From the NCBI RefSeq assembly GCF_022045235.1, contig NW_027266286.1:22258001-22322000 (forward strand): a stretch of 64,000 bases of DNA. The letters are read 5' to 3'. Every line of letters starts with the position of its first letter. The first letter of the stretch is position 1. The translations under genes were made by a program, and so were the position numbers. Under the pieces are notes generated by a model. That model made no database searches. It was not told where the DNA came from and saw only the letters and a list, made by a program, of their open reading frames with translations. Positions 13,001 through 25,400 of the stretch are shown in pieces. Source of the stretch: Haliotis cracherodii (Eukaryota).

Positions 13001-15383
13001 CCTTATGTTTCACTGCCTTTCTGCAAAAGACATCTGATGGGGAAGTCGTTCTTGTGGTTCATCGGTGTCTGATGACCGCTTTGATCCATGTTTTCAATGT
13101 GGCATATCTATTAGGGCTGGGATGGGTAACTCGGGTACTTGGGTCGGGTGGGTCATGAGTAGGACCCGGGTACCCACAGGACACATGGTTAGTCAAGTCA
13201 TGTATTGTTTAATGACCAAAGCTCACTATAGCTCAGTGGTTACACTACAAGTCGCTAATTTCTCATTTCTTTCTGAAGATGCACACATTCCTTTTGATTA
13301 GGGCTGGGACGGGTAACTCGGGTACTTTGGTCGGATGGGTCCTGAGTAGGACCCAGGTACCCACAATACTATCCGGACCCATGGTTATTCACATGATAAA
13401 TTATGTATGACAAAACCTCACTATAGTTCAGCAGTTACACTACAAGTCGCTAGTGTTCACATTTCTTTCTGATGATGCACACATTCCTTTTGACTTCTTC
13501 AGTAAGTTTGAGTGAAGATGAAGTTTCAGTCAAGTTTGTACGCATGATCTGATCGTTTGATACATATATCTAAATAGTTTCTGTCAGGGCTGCAGTAAGA
13601 CAATTCCCAATCAGACATTTTATTCCCAACTCTTGAGACCTACAGTGGGTACCCGAGTAGGGTTGGGTAACAGGGGGTTTGGTACCCGGGTAGGGTCATG
13701 TTATTATCGGAGCCCGGGTAGTAAGTGTAGACTCGTCCCAGCCCTAATATCGATGATGCCGAGCCAGGAGCATTGATGAGGGAGTTGTCTATAATGAAAT
13801 AGGAACTATCTCTCAACTGAATTCCCGTGAAGATTCCGGGGTAAAATAGGTCTTCAGCAACCCATGCTTGCCGTAAAATGTGACTATGCTTGTCGTAAAA
13901 GGTGACTAACGGGATAGGGTGGTCAGGCTCGCTGACTTGGTTGATGCATGTCATCGACTCCAATTGCGTGGATCGATGCTCATGATGTCAATCACTGGAT
14001 TGTCTGGTCCAGACTCGATTATTTACAGACTGCCGTCATACAGCTGGAATATTGCTGAGTGTGGAGTTAAACAACCAACCAACTCAACTGGTGGTACAGA
14101 ACCGCTTCACTTCACTTCACAGGGGAATAAGGTCTTCATGACCATGATCGAATTCATAAACCTTCAATGTGAAGATGCTGTACCCACTGAGCATCGCTAT
14201 TCAAGCGATACCTTCTAGGGCTGGGACGAGTAGCTCGGATCGGGTAGCTCGGGTCGGGTGAGTACTGAGTAAGACCCCGGTACCCACAGGACTACCCGGA
14301 CCCATGGGACCTGTGAAGATCTGGGGTAGAATAGGTCTTCAGCAATCCGTACCTGTGTTTAGTCACGTGATATAGTGTTTAATGACCCAAAATTGTCTAA
14401 AACTCTATGGTCACACTACAAGTCACAAGTTTGCATTTCTTTATGACTGTGCACCAATTCCTTCTGACTTATATATGTTTGAATAAAGATAAAACTTTCA
14501 GGCAACTTCAGTGAATGCATGACCAGATCGTTTTATTGTTGTTTCTCAACACAGTTTGCCAGGTGTACTGTCAAACTTTTCCCTATCGGACTGTTTGTGC
14601 CTATCTCATGAGACCCACAGCGGGTACATGGGTAGGGTCAGGTAATATGGGGGTGGCTACCCGGGTAGTAAATTTGGACTCGTCCCAGCCCTAATACCTT
14701 CCATCTCCAGTTATGATTGCCCCACAACGGAGCTCTAGATAACTTTTTGAGCAATTCAGTTTTTACTTGACGGTATCTATTTTAATTGGGTTATTACATT
14801 TTTCATTGGATAACCAATATTATTTCATTCATCTGTTCATCACTATTGGGTTTTCCAAAAAATGAGTAAACATTTTGAGATATTTGAAATAATGTTTGAG
14901 ATGTACCATAACGGTTCTAAATATAGGCTTGCTCATAAATGTGTTTCGGAAATTAGCTCTGTTGTTCGCATGCCGAAAAAGCTTCATTGGGTATTTACGC
15001 ATGCTGTTTTCAAACAAGTTTTCCATTTAATGGTAATTGGGTTTTGAATAATTTTGGGGGGTATTTTATGCAAACACGCAGCTTATCTGTAACTCTGCCC
15101 ACAAGTTATGATGTCAGAGATTTATGTGGAGCTAGTGAGTTGACCGATGCCCAGATTGCTCATGAGTTACACATGGGAGGAATGTTGGCAATATTACATA
15201 TAATTACACGTTGTGTGTTGATGTTTGATGTGTAATGCATATTTTTATGGTCCTAATTGCCTACCATTTGTGTTACAGTCTGGAGGGTTTCGAGGTCATC
15301 CACCAATTTCGCAGCTACAGCGTGGCCAAACCACTGGCAACAGTGTACGGCAGAGGGCCCAGTCAGCCAGACACTACCACTAG
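1042..15383 (+). CDS. CEP126: CEP126 (KIAA1377)-like centrosomal protein gene, multi-exon, 5' end upstream of window
   Basis: Phase-consistent AG/GT exons: 1042-1164, 2046-3771, 4853-4991, 5528-6430, 7570-7710, 8317-8388, 9971-10044, 15279-15383 (TAG stop). Spliced peptide has ETNKRRKAQAQKRKYEVKREERRRQEILNQRREEQQRATEKYQR, RTPTDDEINWLWEKVRTCL, VTESMATFLAAE and SALSMEEQKLLESLEHLNDKL, which match from memory the conserved blocks of CEP126. The last two exons are less certain. Confidence 0.8.
4199..4662. mobile_element. hAT-like MITE (different internal sequence)
   Basis: TAGGGCTG...CAGCCCTA termini, imperfect 8-bp TSD ending ttctac. Confidence 0.6.
5095..5570. repeat. ~80-bp tandem repeat x6 spanning a CEP126 splice acceptor
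   Basis: Unit ...gatccattatcttag|gagcctccaaggct..cagccaa; the last copy is the start of exon 5528. Confidence 0.9.
8884..9048 (+). mobile_element. tRNA-derived SINE family A (representative copy)
   Basis: A box TAGCCTAGTGG, B box GGTTCGATTCC, (ACTC)n tail, TSD cttacatgttg. Other copies: +505-665, +1493-1645, +8408-8530, -9096-9269, -17358-17518, -18747-18908, -19048-19220, -30209-30376, -46906-47066, -47442-47612, +50762-50850, +52683-52850, -58492-58654, -59347-59505. Confidence 0.9.
9096..9269 (-). mobile_element. SINE family A
   Basis: Reverse copy, TSD gtttagttgga. Confidence 0.9.
10640..12660. repeat. Purine/G-rich minisatellite (51-71-bp units)
   Basis: Recurring ggtaggacaagatatggatat..ggtaggagtcagatggaagggg. 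Confidence 0.95.
13112..13746. mobile_element. hAT-like MITE with duplicated left end
   Basis: Left ~187 bp present twice (13112 and 13299); right TIR ends at 13746. Confidence 0.75.
13823..14082 (+). mobile_element. SINE family B
   Basis: Forward copy, TSD ctcaactg. Confidence 0.85.
14216..14693. mobile_element. hAT-like MITE (TAGGGCTGGGACG...CGTCCCAGCCCTA)
   Basis: 8-bp TSD ataccttc; related copies at 13112-13746 (left end duplicated), 49357-49762 and 57842-58262. Confidence 0.85.
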
Positions 15384-16168
15384 AGGGCGCCTTTGCATGA
15401 ACACGTTGTAGCCGAGTAGTTCTTCAGATGAGACAAAAGGGGATTATGATGAACGTTCCTATGGAACTCAGCTAGAGGCGGAACTTGCTGTGGTAATACA
15501 CGACTGGTTTCTTCTCATGGTCATGTGACTGTCATGTGACTGTCATTTGACCTGGTGTAATGTGTTGTACCTTGTTGTTTTCGACAAAACAAGGTGTGTA
15601 GACACAACAGTAGGTCGTGGAATGACGAAGATGCTACACTATAGTGATTAGCTGGACTCGGCTGTTACTGTAAGCCACGGCACAAGACTGGGAGACGTGT
15701 TCAAGACAGCTGATGTAACTGTGCTACATCAGGCAAAGATCTGTGATAATTTATTATTGTTGTAGTATAGCCATTTTACTAGTTACCAAATTAATTTATC
15801 AACGCTTCTGGCAAGTGAAGCATTGTTGGATTGAGCTGATTCAGACACTTGACGTTACTTGATGGTTCTGTGATGTCCCATGATGCAATGCCATGCAGGA
15901 CCGATCTAGGATGCCCTTGAATGACATAACAGGGTGAAGCGCTCTCCTTTTAATTAATTCTAAATGTACAAAGCCTGTTTACAGAATCTAAAGCTTTATG
16001 CTGTATCAGCCTCCGATCATATGACCTTAGATTTACTCCGTCCATTGTTATTTTACTTGTTGTTACGTTACAAAGTTTGTGCATGTTTATGTTGAGTGAT
16101 TCTGTTTCTACGAATCAATGCTAGTTGTCTTATTGTAAGCCAGATTATCATTCCGTCCACTTTATTAG

Positions 16169-16655
16169 CAATCTCATTAAAATCAGACCTTAGTTCTCGC
16201 TACCGCTAAACAAAGATCTGAAGACATCCCATTAGGGGTCAGGTCAGAACGACCTTTCATCCGACCAATGAGAGCGTCGCTTACCAGATCATGAAAGTGA
16301 GTCCGAATGTGATTTCTAATCATACAACCTCGAAAACTTTAACACGGGGTATACCGAACGATAGTTACAGGTTTAACGACTGAATCCATACAATCTAGAC
16401 CATCCATTAGCCATTCCAGAATGTTCTTTTGTTTAGGTTTCAAATTTTTAATCGAGAATTTGTCAAAATATGTTTCGAAGCGTTGTCGCCAATTTGAAAT
16501 TATTGCCGTTAAGCACAAGAAAGCTGCCTTCTGATTGGTCATTCTATTGGTCGGTCAAAGTTTGCACAAGGTTGGTCTGACGTGACCCGTAATGGGATGT
16601 CCTCAGATCTTTATTTAGCGGTAGCGAGAACTAAGGTCTGATTTTAATGAGATTG
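16169..16655. mobile_element. Mutator-like MITE (~490 bp, ~80-bp TIR CAATCTCATTAAAATCAG...)
   Basis: Long TIRs, 9-bp TSD ctttattag. Confidence 0.85.
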
Positions 16656-18191
16656 CTTTATTAGAGAAGTATATATATTTTGTTGCTGCAGTTTATGTAG
16701 AATGTATTTTATTGTTCCAACTTTATATTTTCTACAAGTTAGCTAGATACAAATGTTATCAAGGCTGTCCTGGGTATGGTGTAACAGCTTCATGATATTT
16801 TCAATGTTACCTCAATTCTTCAATTTGATTAAGTGCCTTGAAAGTGTTCTTAATGAATCTGTGTTATTAATGATATCACAATTGATAGTACATGTAGTCT
16901 GTATTATTGATGTTAACCAGGATAGAAAAAAACATTCCAGTATTGCAGTACATGTTTGTTGAAGATATTTCCAAATTGTCTTGTTCCCGTTTTTTTGTTG
17001 ACAATTATTGAGAACTTGTAAATCATGTCTTTTCAAATTAGGTGCTTTCTAACATTCCTGAGAGCTGCAATAAACTGAGATTTTTGCTAACTTGTAGACT
17101 TGCTAGTTTTCCCCCCCCCCCACTTTACATGGACAGGATAATGTGTTCCAGGAGGGACAGGATAAAGTTGCACCCTGATCCCATAAATTTAGCAAACATA
17201 GGCCTCTCAGCTGCCAATGTCATTTCTGTAAAAACGTAATAGGAACAAGTTTGTAGTTTAGCACCACTGTGGCCACACTCAGCAATATTCCAGCTACATG
17301 ACTGTGAGTCTGACCACCTGATCCTGTTAGTCGCCTCTTACGACAATCATGGGTTGTTGAGTGAGTATGGTTTTATGCTGCTTTTAGCAATATTCCAGCA
17401 GTATCACAGCGGGGGACACCAGAAACGGGCTTCATACATTGTAGCCATGTCGGGAATCGAACACGTGTCTTCGGTGTGAAGGGAGAACGGTTTAACCACT
17501 ATGCTACCCTACCGCCCCTCATGGGTTGCTGAAGAACTATTCTACCCTGATCTTAACGGGTTAATGGGAATATGTGCACATAATCTTCCAGTACCCACAG
17601 ATTGATGATGTCAAGCCTTAGAAAGCATGACAAATTACATGCAACACAGGGATTAGTGATGTAGTATGGTAAATAAACTTTAGAGGTATTGAGTGTGTTC
17701 AAAGATCAATTTTGTGCTGACAAGTAAGGGCAAGTCACACAAATATGAATTTTATTTGACATGCACAAATAAATATAAGGTTACATTTTCAATAATAGGT
17801 TGCACTTTTGCATGTTTTTTTGAGCCCTGTGATCAGTTTTACAAAAAACAAAAACACGGAATTTGTTTTCATTTTTTCTTTACAAATACATGGTATTACA
17901 AAATAAATATATATCTAATTATAGTACACAATATATATTGGTAATATACAAGTGTATACATACTGACCTCTAATACACCAGGCGTTTGGCTGATCAGGAT
18001 CAACTGCCTGACAGTGGTCAAGACAGTGGTCAAGACAGTGGTCAAGACGTGTCATTATTGAAATATTAACGTTGGACTGGTAGATTACAAATTGTACGAT
18101 CTGCCGCCAGCTTCTGACATCCACCCCTCGGTGTGTGTGTCCAGCCACTGAGAGACCTGTTGTCATATAATTCCATGTCATGGGGATCATG

Positions 18192-18701
18192 CAATCTCAT
18201 TAAAATCAGATCTTAGTTCTTGCTACCGCTAAACAAAGATCTGAGGACATCCCAATAGGGGTCACGTCAGCACGACCTTTCATCCAACCAAGCAGAGTGT
18301 CGCTTACCAGATCCTGAAAGTGACAGTCGAAATGTGTCTTCTAATCCTGCATCCTCGAAATATTTAACAGAGGGTATTCCGAACGACAGTTACGGGTTTT
18401 ATGATTATTTCCATACTATCTAGGCCATCTATAAGTCATTCCAGAATGTTGTTTTGGTCAGTTTTAATTTTTTTTAATCGAGAATATGTCAAAATATGTT
18501 TCGAAGCGTAGTCGCCAGTTTGAAACTAGTCCGTAAAGCTCGAGATAGCTGCCTTCTGATTGGCAAATGTCGATTTCTTGTCAGTCATTTCATTGGTCAG
18601 TCAATGTTTGCGAAAGATCGTGCCGACATGACCCATAATGGGATGTCCTCAGATATTTGGTTAGCGGTAGCAAAAACTATGATCTGATTTTAATGAGATT
18701 G
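18192..18701. mobile_element. Mutator-like MITE
   Basis: Same TIRs, TSD ggggatcatg. Confidence 0.85.
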
Positions 18702-19047
18702 GGGGATCATGTACACTGGCTTGTCTCAAGAACTTACATGCCACATGAGTGAGTGAGTGAGTGAGTGAGTGCCGCTTTTAGTAATATTCCAGCAATATCA
18801 CGACAGGGGACACAGAGAAATTGGCTTCACACATTTTACCCATGTGGGGAATCCAGGTCTTCAGCGTGATGAGTGAACGCATTAACCACTCGCCTACCCC
18901 ACCATCCCTACATACCACATGTAATAGCTACAATTCTTGACTACAGTGTAAAACACCTTTCACTCACTACATCAATTTTCTGACTGAATCATAACTGTTG
19001 ACATCTAACACTGGTCTGATGCAAGCAGTGTGTAATCCCTAATAGCA

Positions 19048-19220
19048 GTGAGGGAGTGTGTGAGTATGGTTTTACACCGCTTTTAGCAATATTCCAGCAA
19101 TATCACGACAGGGGACACCAGAAATGGGCTTCACACATTGTACCCATGTCGGGAATCGAACCCGGGTCTTCGGCGTGACGAGCGAACGCTTTAACCACTA
19201 GGCTACCCAACCGCACCCCC
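19048..19220 (-). mobile_element. SINE family A in probable CEP162 3' UTR
   Basis: Full copy, TSD ccctaatagca, ~220 bp downstream of the CEP162 stop. Confidence 0.85.
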
Positions 19221-19438
19221 TAATAGCAACTGCAGCACTTTGAGAGTCAGATTTCATTGAGGTGATGACAGTGAGAGTTAGGATTATCTCATGCATGGTA
19301 CTGCCCTGGCTGTGTACCATGGCTCCCTGAGAGCACATTCAGCACCTGCTGAACAGGTTATCACAGTTTAAAGTTTGATGTTCCTCAGAACATCTTGTCA
19401 TGAGACCCTGAGCTAATGTCACGACATGTTTCTGGATG

Positions 19439-22400
19439 TCATGAATGAATGGAGCTGACAGGTAACATGACACCTTGTTTCTGGAGGAGGCGCAGAACGT
19501 CCAGGATTGAGTCCAGCTCTGCCCGAAACTTCTCGATCTCTTTGTTCTTCACTTCGACAATCTTCCTCCATTTCTCTCCTTCCTGGTCGAGCTCAAGGGA
19601 AGCAACTCTCTGAGTGTTGGCTATGATCTGCTTCAGTTCAGATTCCCGCTGCTCGTGGCGGTTCTCCATCTGAATAATCTTCTCCTGCAGAGTCTCGAAG
19701 TGACGCATTTCCTGTAATAGATAAAACGTTAGATCTCAGGTGTTGCCCATCCAAGAAACTTCAACAGTGAGAGGACCCATGAAGATTCCGGGGTAGAATA
19801 GGTCTTCAGCAACCCATACTTGCCGTAAAAGGTGATGTTCATGATAATAATCACTGGATTGTCTGGTCCAGACTCGATTATTTACAGACCGCCGTCATAT
19901 AGCTGGAATATTGCTGAGTGCGGCGTTAAACAACAAACCAACCAACCAATCAACAGTGAGAATCAAACTGATCAAAATGAGATCACAGAAAAGTGAGTAG
20001 GTTTGGTTACGATTGCTTTGAACACAAAGTATCAGCTTGATGAGGGAAGAAAGCCCTGATCACAGTGGGCCAACAACCAGCATGATGTGTCATCCCTGAT
20101 CTGCCACACTGAAGCCCATGTGTACAGTGAGAAGGCCAAAACTTACAGGAGAGTGACTCTTCTTGGCCTCTTGCAGCAGGTCCTGGAGCTTCTCAATCTG
20201 ATTCTGCTTGGCAGCTTCCCGTATCTTGAGGATGGATATCTGCTCTGCATCAACCTCTGACTTGGCCAGCTGCTGTTGCAGGTGCTGGATCATCACCTGG
20301 AACAGAACAGAGATTGAGGTGGTGTTCTGGGAGAGACCAGTCGATTGGTGAGGGATTGAGGTGGTGTTCTGGGAGAGATCAGTCAATCAATTGGTGAGGG
20401 ATTGAGGTGGCCTGGGAGATATCAATCAATCAATTGGTGAGGGATCGATGTGTTCTGGGAGAGATCAGTCAATTGGTGAGGGATTGAGGTGGTGTTCTGG
20501 GAGAGACCAGTCGATTGGTGAGGGATTGAGGTGGTGTTCTGGGAGAGATCAGTCAATCAATTGGTGAGGGATTGAGGTGGCCTGGGAGATATCAATCAAT
20601 CAATTGGTGAGGGATCGATGTGTTCTGGGAGAGATCAGTCAATTGGTGAGGGATTGAGGTGGTGTTCTGGGAGAGACCAGTCGATTGGTGAGGGATTGAG
20701 GTGGTGTTCTGGGAGAGATCAGTCAATCAATTGGTGAGGGATTGAGGTGGCCTGGGAGATATCAATCAATCAATTGGTGAGGGATCGATGTGTTCTGGGA
20801 GAGATCAGTCAATTGGTGAGGGATTGAGGTGGTGTTCTGGGAGAGATCAGTCAATTGGTGAGGGATTGAGGTGGTGTTCTGGGAGAGATCAGTCAGTTGG
20901 TGAGGGATTGAGGTGGTGTTCTGGGAGAGATCAGTCAGTTGGTGAGGGATTGAGGTGGTGTTCTGGGAGAGATCAGTCAATTGGTGAGAGATTGAGGTGG
21001 TGTTCTGGGAGAGATCAGTCAATTGGTGAGGGACTGAGGTGGTGTTCTGGGAGAGATCAGTCAATTGGTGAGAGATTGAGGTGGTGTTCTGGGAGAGATC
21101 AGTCAATTGGTGAGGGACTGAGGTGGTGTTCTGGGAGAGATCAGTCGGTTGGTGAGGGATTGAGGTGGTGTTCTCGGAGAGATTGGTCAACTGGTGAGGG
21201 ATCGATGTGTTCTGGGAGAGATCAGTCAACTGGTGAGAGATTGAGGTGGTGTTCTGGGAGAGATCAGTCAATTGGTGAGGGATCGATGTGTTCTGGGAGA
21301 GATCAGTCAACTGGTGAGAGATTGAGGTGGTGTTCTGGGAGAGATCAGTCAATTGGTGAGGGATCGATGTGTTCTGGGAGAGATCAGTCAACTGGTGAGA
21401 AATTGAGGTGGTGTTCTGGGAGAGATCAGTCAGTTGGTGAGGGATTGAGGTGGTGTTCTCGGAGAGATCGGTCAACTGGTGAGGGATTGAGGCAGTGTTC
21501 TGGGAGAGATCAGTCAATTGGTGAGGGATTGAGGTGGTGTTCTGGGAGAGATCAGTCGGTTGGTGAGGGATTGAGGTGGTGTTCTGGGAGAGATCAGTCG
21601 GTTGGTGAGGGATTGAGGTGGTGTTCCGGGAGAGATCAGTAACTGGTGAGGGATTGAGGTGGTGTTCTGGGAGAGATCAGTCGGTTGGTGAGAGATTGAG
21701 GTGGTGTTCTGGGAGAGATCAGTCGGTTGGTGAGGGATTGAGGTGGTGTTCTGGGAGAGATCAGTCAGTTGGTGAGGGATTGAGGTGGTGTTCTGGGAGA
21801 GATCAGTCAGTTGGTGAGAGATTGAGGTGGTGTTCTGGGAGAGATCAGTCGGTTGGTGAGGGATTGAGGTGGTGTTCCGGGAGAGATCAGTCAACTGGTG
21901 AGGGATTGAGGTGGTGTTCTGGGAGAGATCAGTCGGTTGGTGAGAGATTGAGGTGGTGTTCTGGGAGAGATCAGTCGGTTGGTGAGGGATTGAGGTGGTG
22001 TTCTGGGAGAGATCAGTCAGTTGGTGAGGGATTGAGGTGGTGTTCTGGGAGAGATCAGTCGGTTGGTGAGAGATTGAGGTGGTGTTCTGGGAGAGATCAG
22101 TCAGTTGGTGAGGGATTGAGGTGGTGTTCTGGGAGAGATCAGTCAATTGGTGAGAGATTGAGGTGGTGTTCTGGGAGAGATCAGTCGGTTGGTGAGGGAT
22201 TGAGGTGGTGTTCTCGGAGAGATCGGTCAACTGGTGAGGGATTGAGGTGGTGTTCTGGGAGAGATCAGTCGGTTGGTGAGGGATTGAGGTGGTGTTCTGG
22301 GAGAGATCAGTCAATTGGTGAGGGATTGAGGTGGTGTTCTGGGAGAGATCAGTCAGCTGGTGAGGGATTGAGGTGGTGTTCTGGGAGAGATCAGTCAACT

Positions 22401-25400
22401 GGTGAGGGATTGAGGTGGTGTTCTGGGAGAGATCAGTCAATTGGTGAGGGATTGAGGTGGTGTTCTGGGAGAGATCAGTCGGTTGGTGAGGGATTGAGGT
22501 GGTGTTCTGGGAGAGATCAGTCAATTGGTGAGGGATTGAGGTGGTGTTCTGGGAGAGATCAGTCGGTTGGTGAGGGATTGAGGTGGTGTTCTGGGAGAGA
22601 TCAGTCAACTGGTGGGGGATTGAGGTGGTGTTCTGGTAGAAATGAAATGAGTCCATAGGTAACAGAGTGCAGATAGTAACACCAAGCCCTGGGAGATGTT
22701 GCCCAAGAGATGTGAGGTTTCCAGCAGTGGGATTTAAGACACTTTTGTTCAGTCATATCACTCAAATCAGTACTTTTCAGTTTGAGTTTGACGGATGGTT
22801 TGGTTCAGCAGGCTTGAACTCAGACAGAGTATTAGTTGGCATGGTGGTGCTGAGTGGGCTGCGTGAGGCTGGGGAAGGATTAGGGTACTAGTTTTCGGAG
22901 GTGGAGTGGGGTTGTTTTCACTGGTGTGGAATGATGTGTGATGTATGGAAGAAAGGAAGGCCTACCTCCTGACTGTCACACTTGCCGTGCAGCTCAGCCA
23001 GTTTGGAGGAGGAGTGTTGGAAGGCCTGGTCACTGAGCACTCTCTGCAGTTCTTGCTGGTGGGACAGTCGCAGGCTGTCAATCTGAAACAGGGGAGACAA
23101 CTCTTCGTTGAATGGATCTTACAAACTTTGGCTCAAAGTCAATATCATTAAAATCAGACCTTAGTTCTCGCTATCGCTAAACAATGATCTGAGGACATCC
23201 CATTAAGGGTCACGTCAGAGTGACTTTTCATCCAACCAATCAGAGCGTCGCTTACCAGATCATGAAAGTGACTGTCGGAATGTGTTTTCTAATCATGCAA
23301 CCACGAAATATTTAACACGGGGTATTACGAACGACAGTTATGGCCATATATAAGCCATTCTAGAATGTTCTTATCAGTTTTAATTTTTTTTAATCGAGAA
23401 TACATCAAAATATGTTTCGAAGCGTAGTCGCCAGTTTAAAACTAGTCTCAAAAAGCTCGAGAAAGCTGCCTTCTGATTGGCTAACGTCGATTTCTTGTCA
23501 ATCATTTCACTGGTCGGTCAAAATTCGCGAAAGTTCGTTCTGACATGACCCGTACTGGGATGTCCTCAGATCTTTATTTGGCGGTAGGGAGAACTAAGAT
23601 CTGATTTTAATGAGATTGACTCAAAATTGGCCCAAGTTAAGCCTTCAACTTACTACAACAAGTACTACAACATCTAAAAAACGTACCATTGGTAATATCA
23701 AACCTTATAAGAAAAGATCTTTAACAATTTATATAAAATGTCAACGCCTGAGAATAATCAGTCTTGATTATCTGTTGAAATATTCCATTCGGCGTAAAAG
23801 GCAAAATATGGTTGAAAATTTTTACAAACCTGTAGAGGTTATGAATTCTCTGATGAAATCCTCCTTGGGGCACTTATTGCATTTTCCTTGCTCAAGAAAA
23901 TCTACATGACATAGTTGTAACCATTTTCCTTAATAAAAAATGTTACCACACAAAAAACTTCGTTTTTGTATGATATACGACCACCCTTACGGGGCCTCAC
24001 CACCAACGGCGCCTCACGCCAGGGGGAGCAACTCTCACCCAAATCACTTTCCATATGTCAAATGCTGACGGAATGTGGGGCGGTGGGTGGCCGTGCCCCA
24101 AGGAGGATTTCATCAGAGAATTCATAACCTCTACAGGTTTGTAAAATTCTCTTTCTGATTAAATCCTCCTTGGGGCACTTATTGCATCAGGACAGACTCC
24201 CAAAGATAATCTAGGAAGTGGCATCCGTCAGCAACAGGCGTAAATAAATACATCGTATTTAAATATTCAACAGAATAAAATATTGAGTTCAATAAATGGA
24301 ACCAACCTTATCGTGAGGCACCACCGTCGAAAGGCGGGGGCTAGAGACAGGGCGTGGTCGACCATATATTATGATAAAGCCTGTTTTTGCGGCTTGTCAT
24401 AAGTTGAGAACTCGAAACACCTCCCACCCCCACACTTTTTTTGAACAAGTGATGTAGGGGCGTAGATCACGAGAGACCATAACCAGCGCTGAGCTAGGCC
24501 AGAGGGTCCCCGAGGATCGAAGGAGCGCGTGCGCAAAATACGAGTATTATCGAGTAGTAAGGAATGATATTTATCGACCGCAGAAGATAAAATCCGGACC
24601 ATTACCGAACAGTATAACCGGAGGACTGTCTAAAATCTCGAATGCTCAATCGGCTAGAGATTAGAACTTTGCCCCGTTCGGAGAACTGACTGACCAAACC
24701 GAGTACGCTCGCTTGAGCGTCTGTCGAGTTGGTAAGGTTTGATGAATCGTGCTCGGCTGGCTCCAAATAGCCGCGGAGCAGATCTGCTCAATGTGCAGAG
24801 CCGCGGCGTACGCTTTTGACGCAGCCACTGCTCTAACCTAATGAGCCTTCAACCTGGTAGGGGGGTCCCTGCCTGTAAGCGTATACGCTGTACAAATGGT
24901 TGAAACTATCCACCTCGAGATAGATTGTTTACTCGCAGGTGAGCCAACCTTCCTACCGCCGTAACAGCAAAATAGTTGGTTATCCTTACGGACACCAATA
25001 TTTCTGCTGATATAGGCCTTGAGAGTCGTGCGGACATCCAAGACATGAGCATGTCTTGCAGTGGTCCCCGACGAGGAAGGCTGTGAAAGAGCAGGTAGCT
25101 CAATAGGAGCCGTTCACGTGGAAGCGTGTGCGACCCTTTGACGGTAAGAGTCCGGTAGTCGAAAACTGACTCTGTCCCGGTGATATTTATCGACTGCATG
25201 GAAGACAGTTATTTCGGGATCGGCTGACATAACACGAATGTCGCCTACCCGTCTGCCGGACGTTACCACTACAAGGAATGCCGTCTCCCAGCTCAACAGC
25301 TGAAGAGAGAGAGACGACAGATCCCGAAAGGAAGGACCGGACAGCCAATCGAGAATGATTGACAAGTCCCAAGACTGATCCGCCGAACTGGCGGTCGGAT

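Noticed and set aside
20762-22658. 250-380 aa periodic ORFs on both strands
   Set aside because: Products of the 42-bp minisatellite inside a CEP162 intron whose flanking exons join in phase without it.
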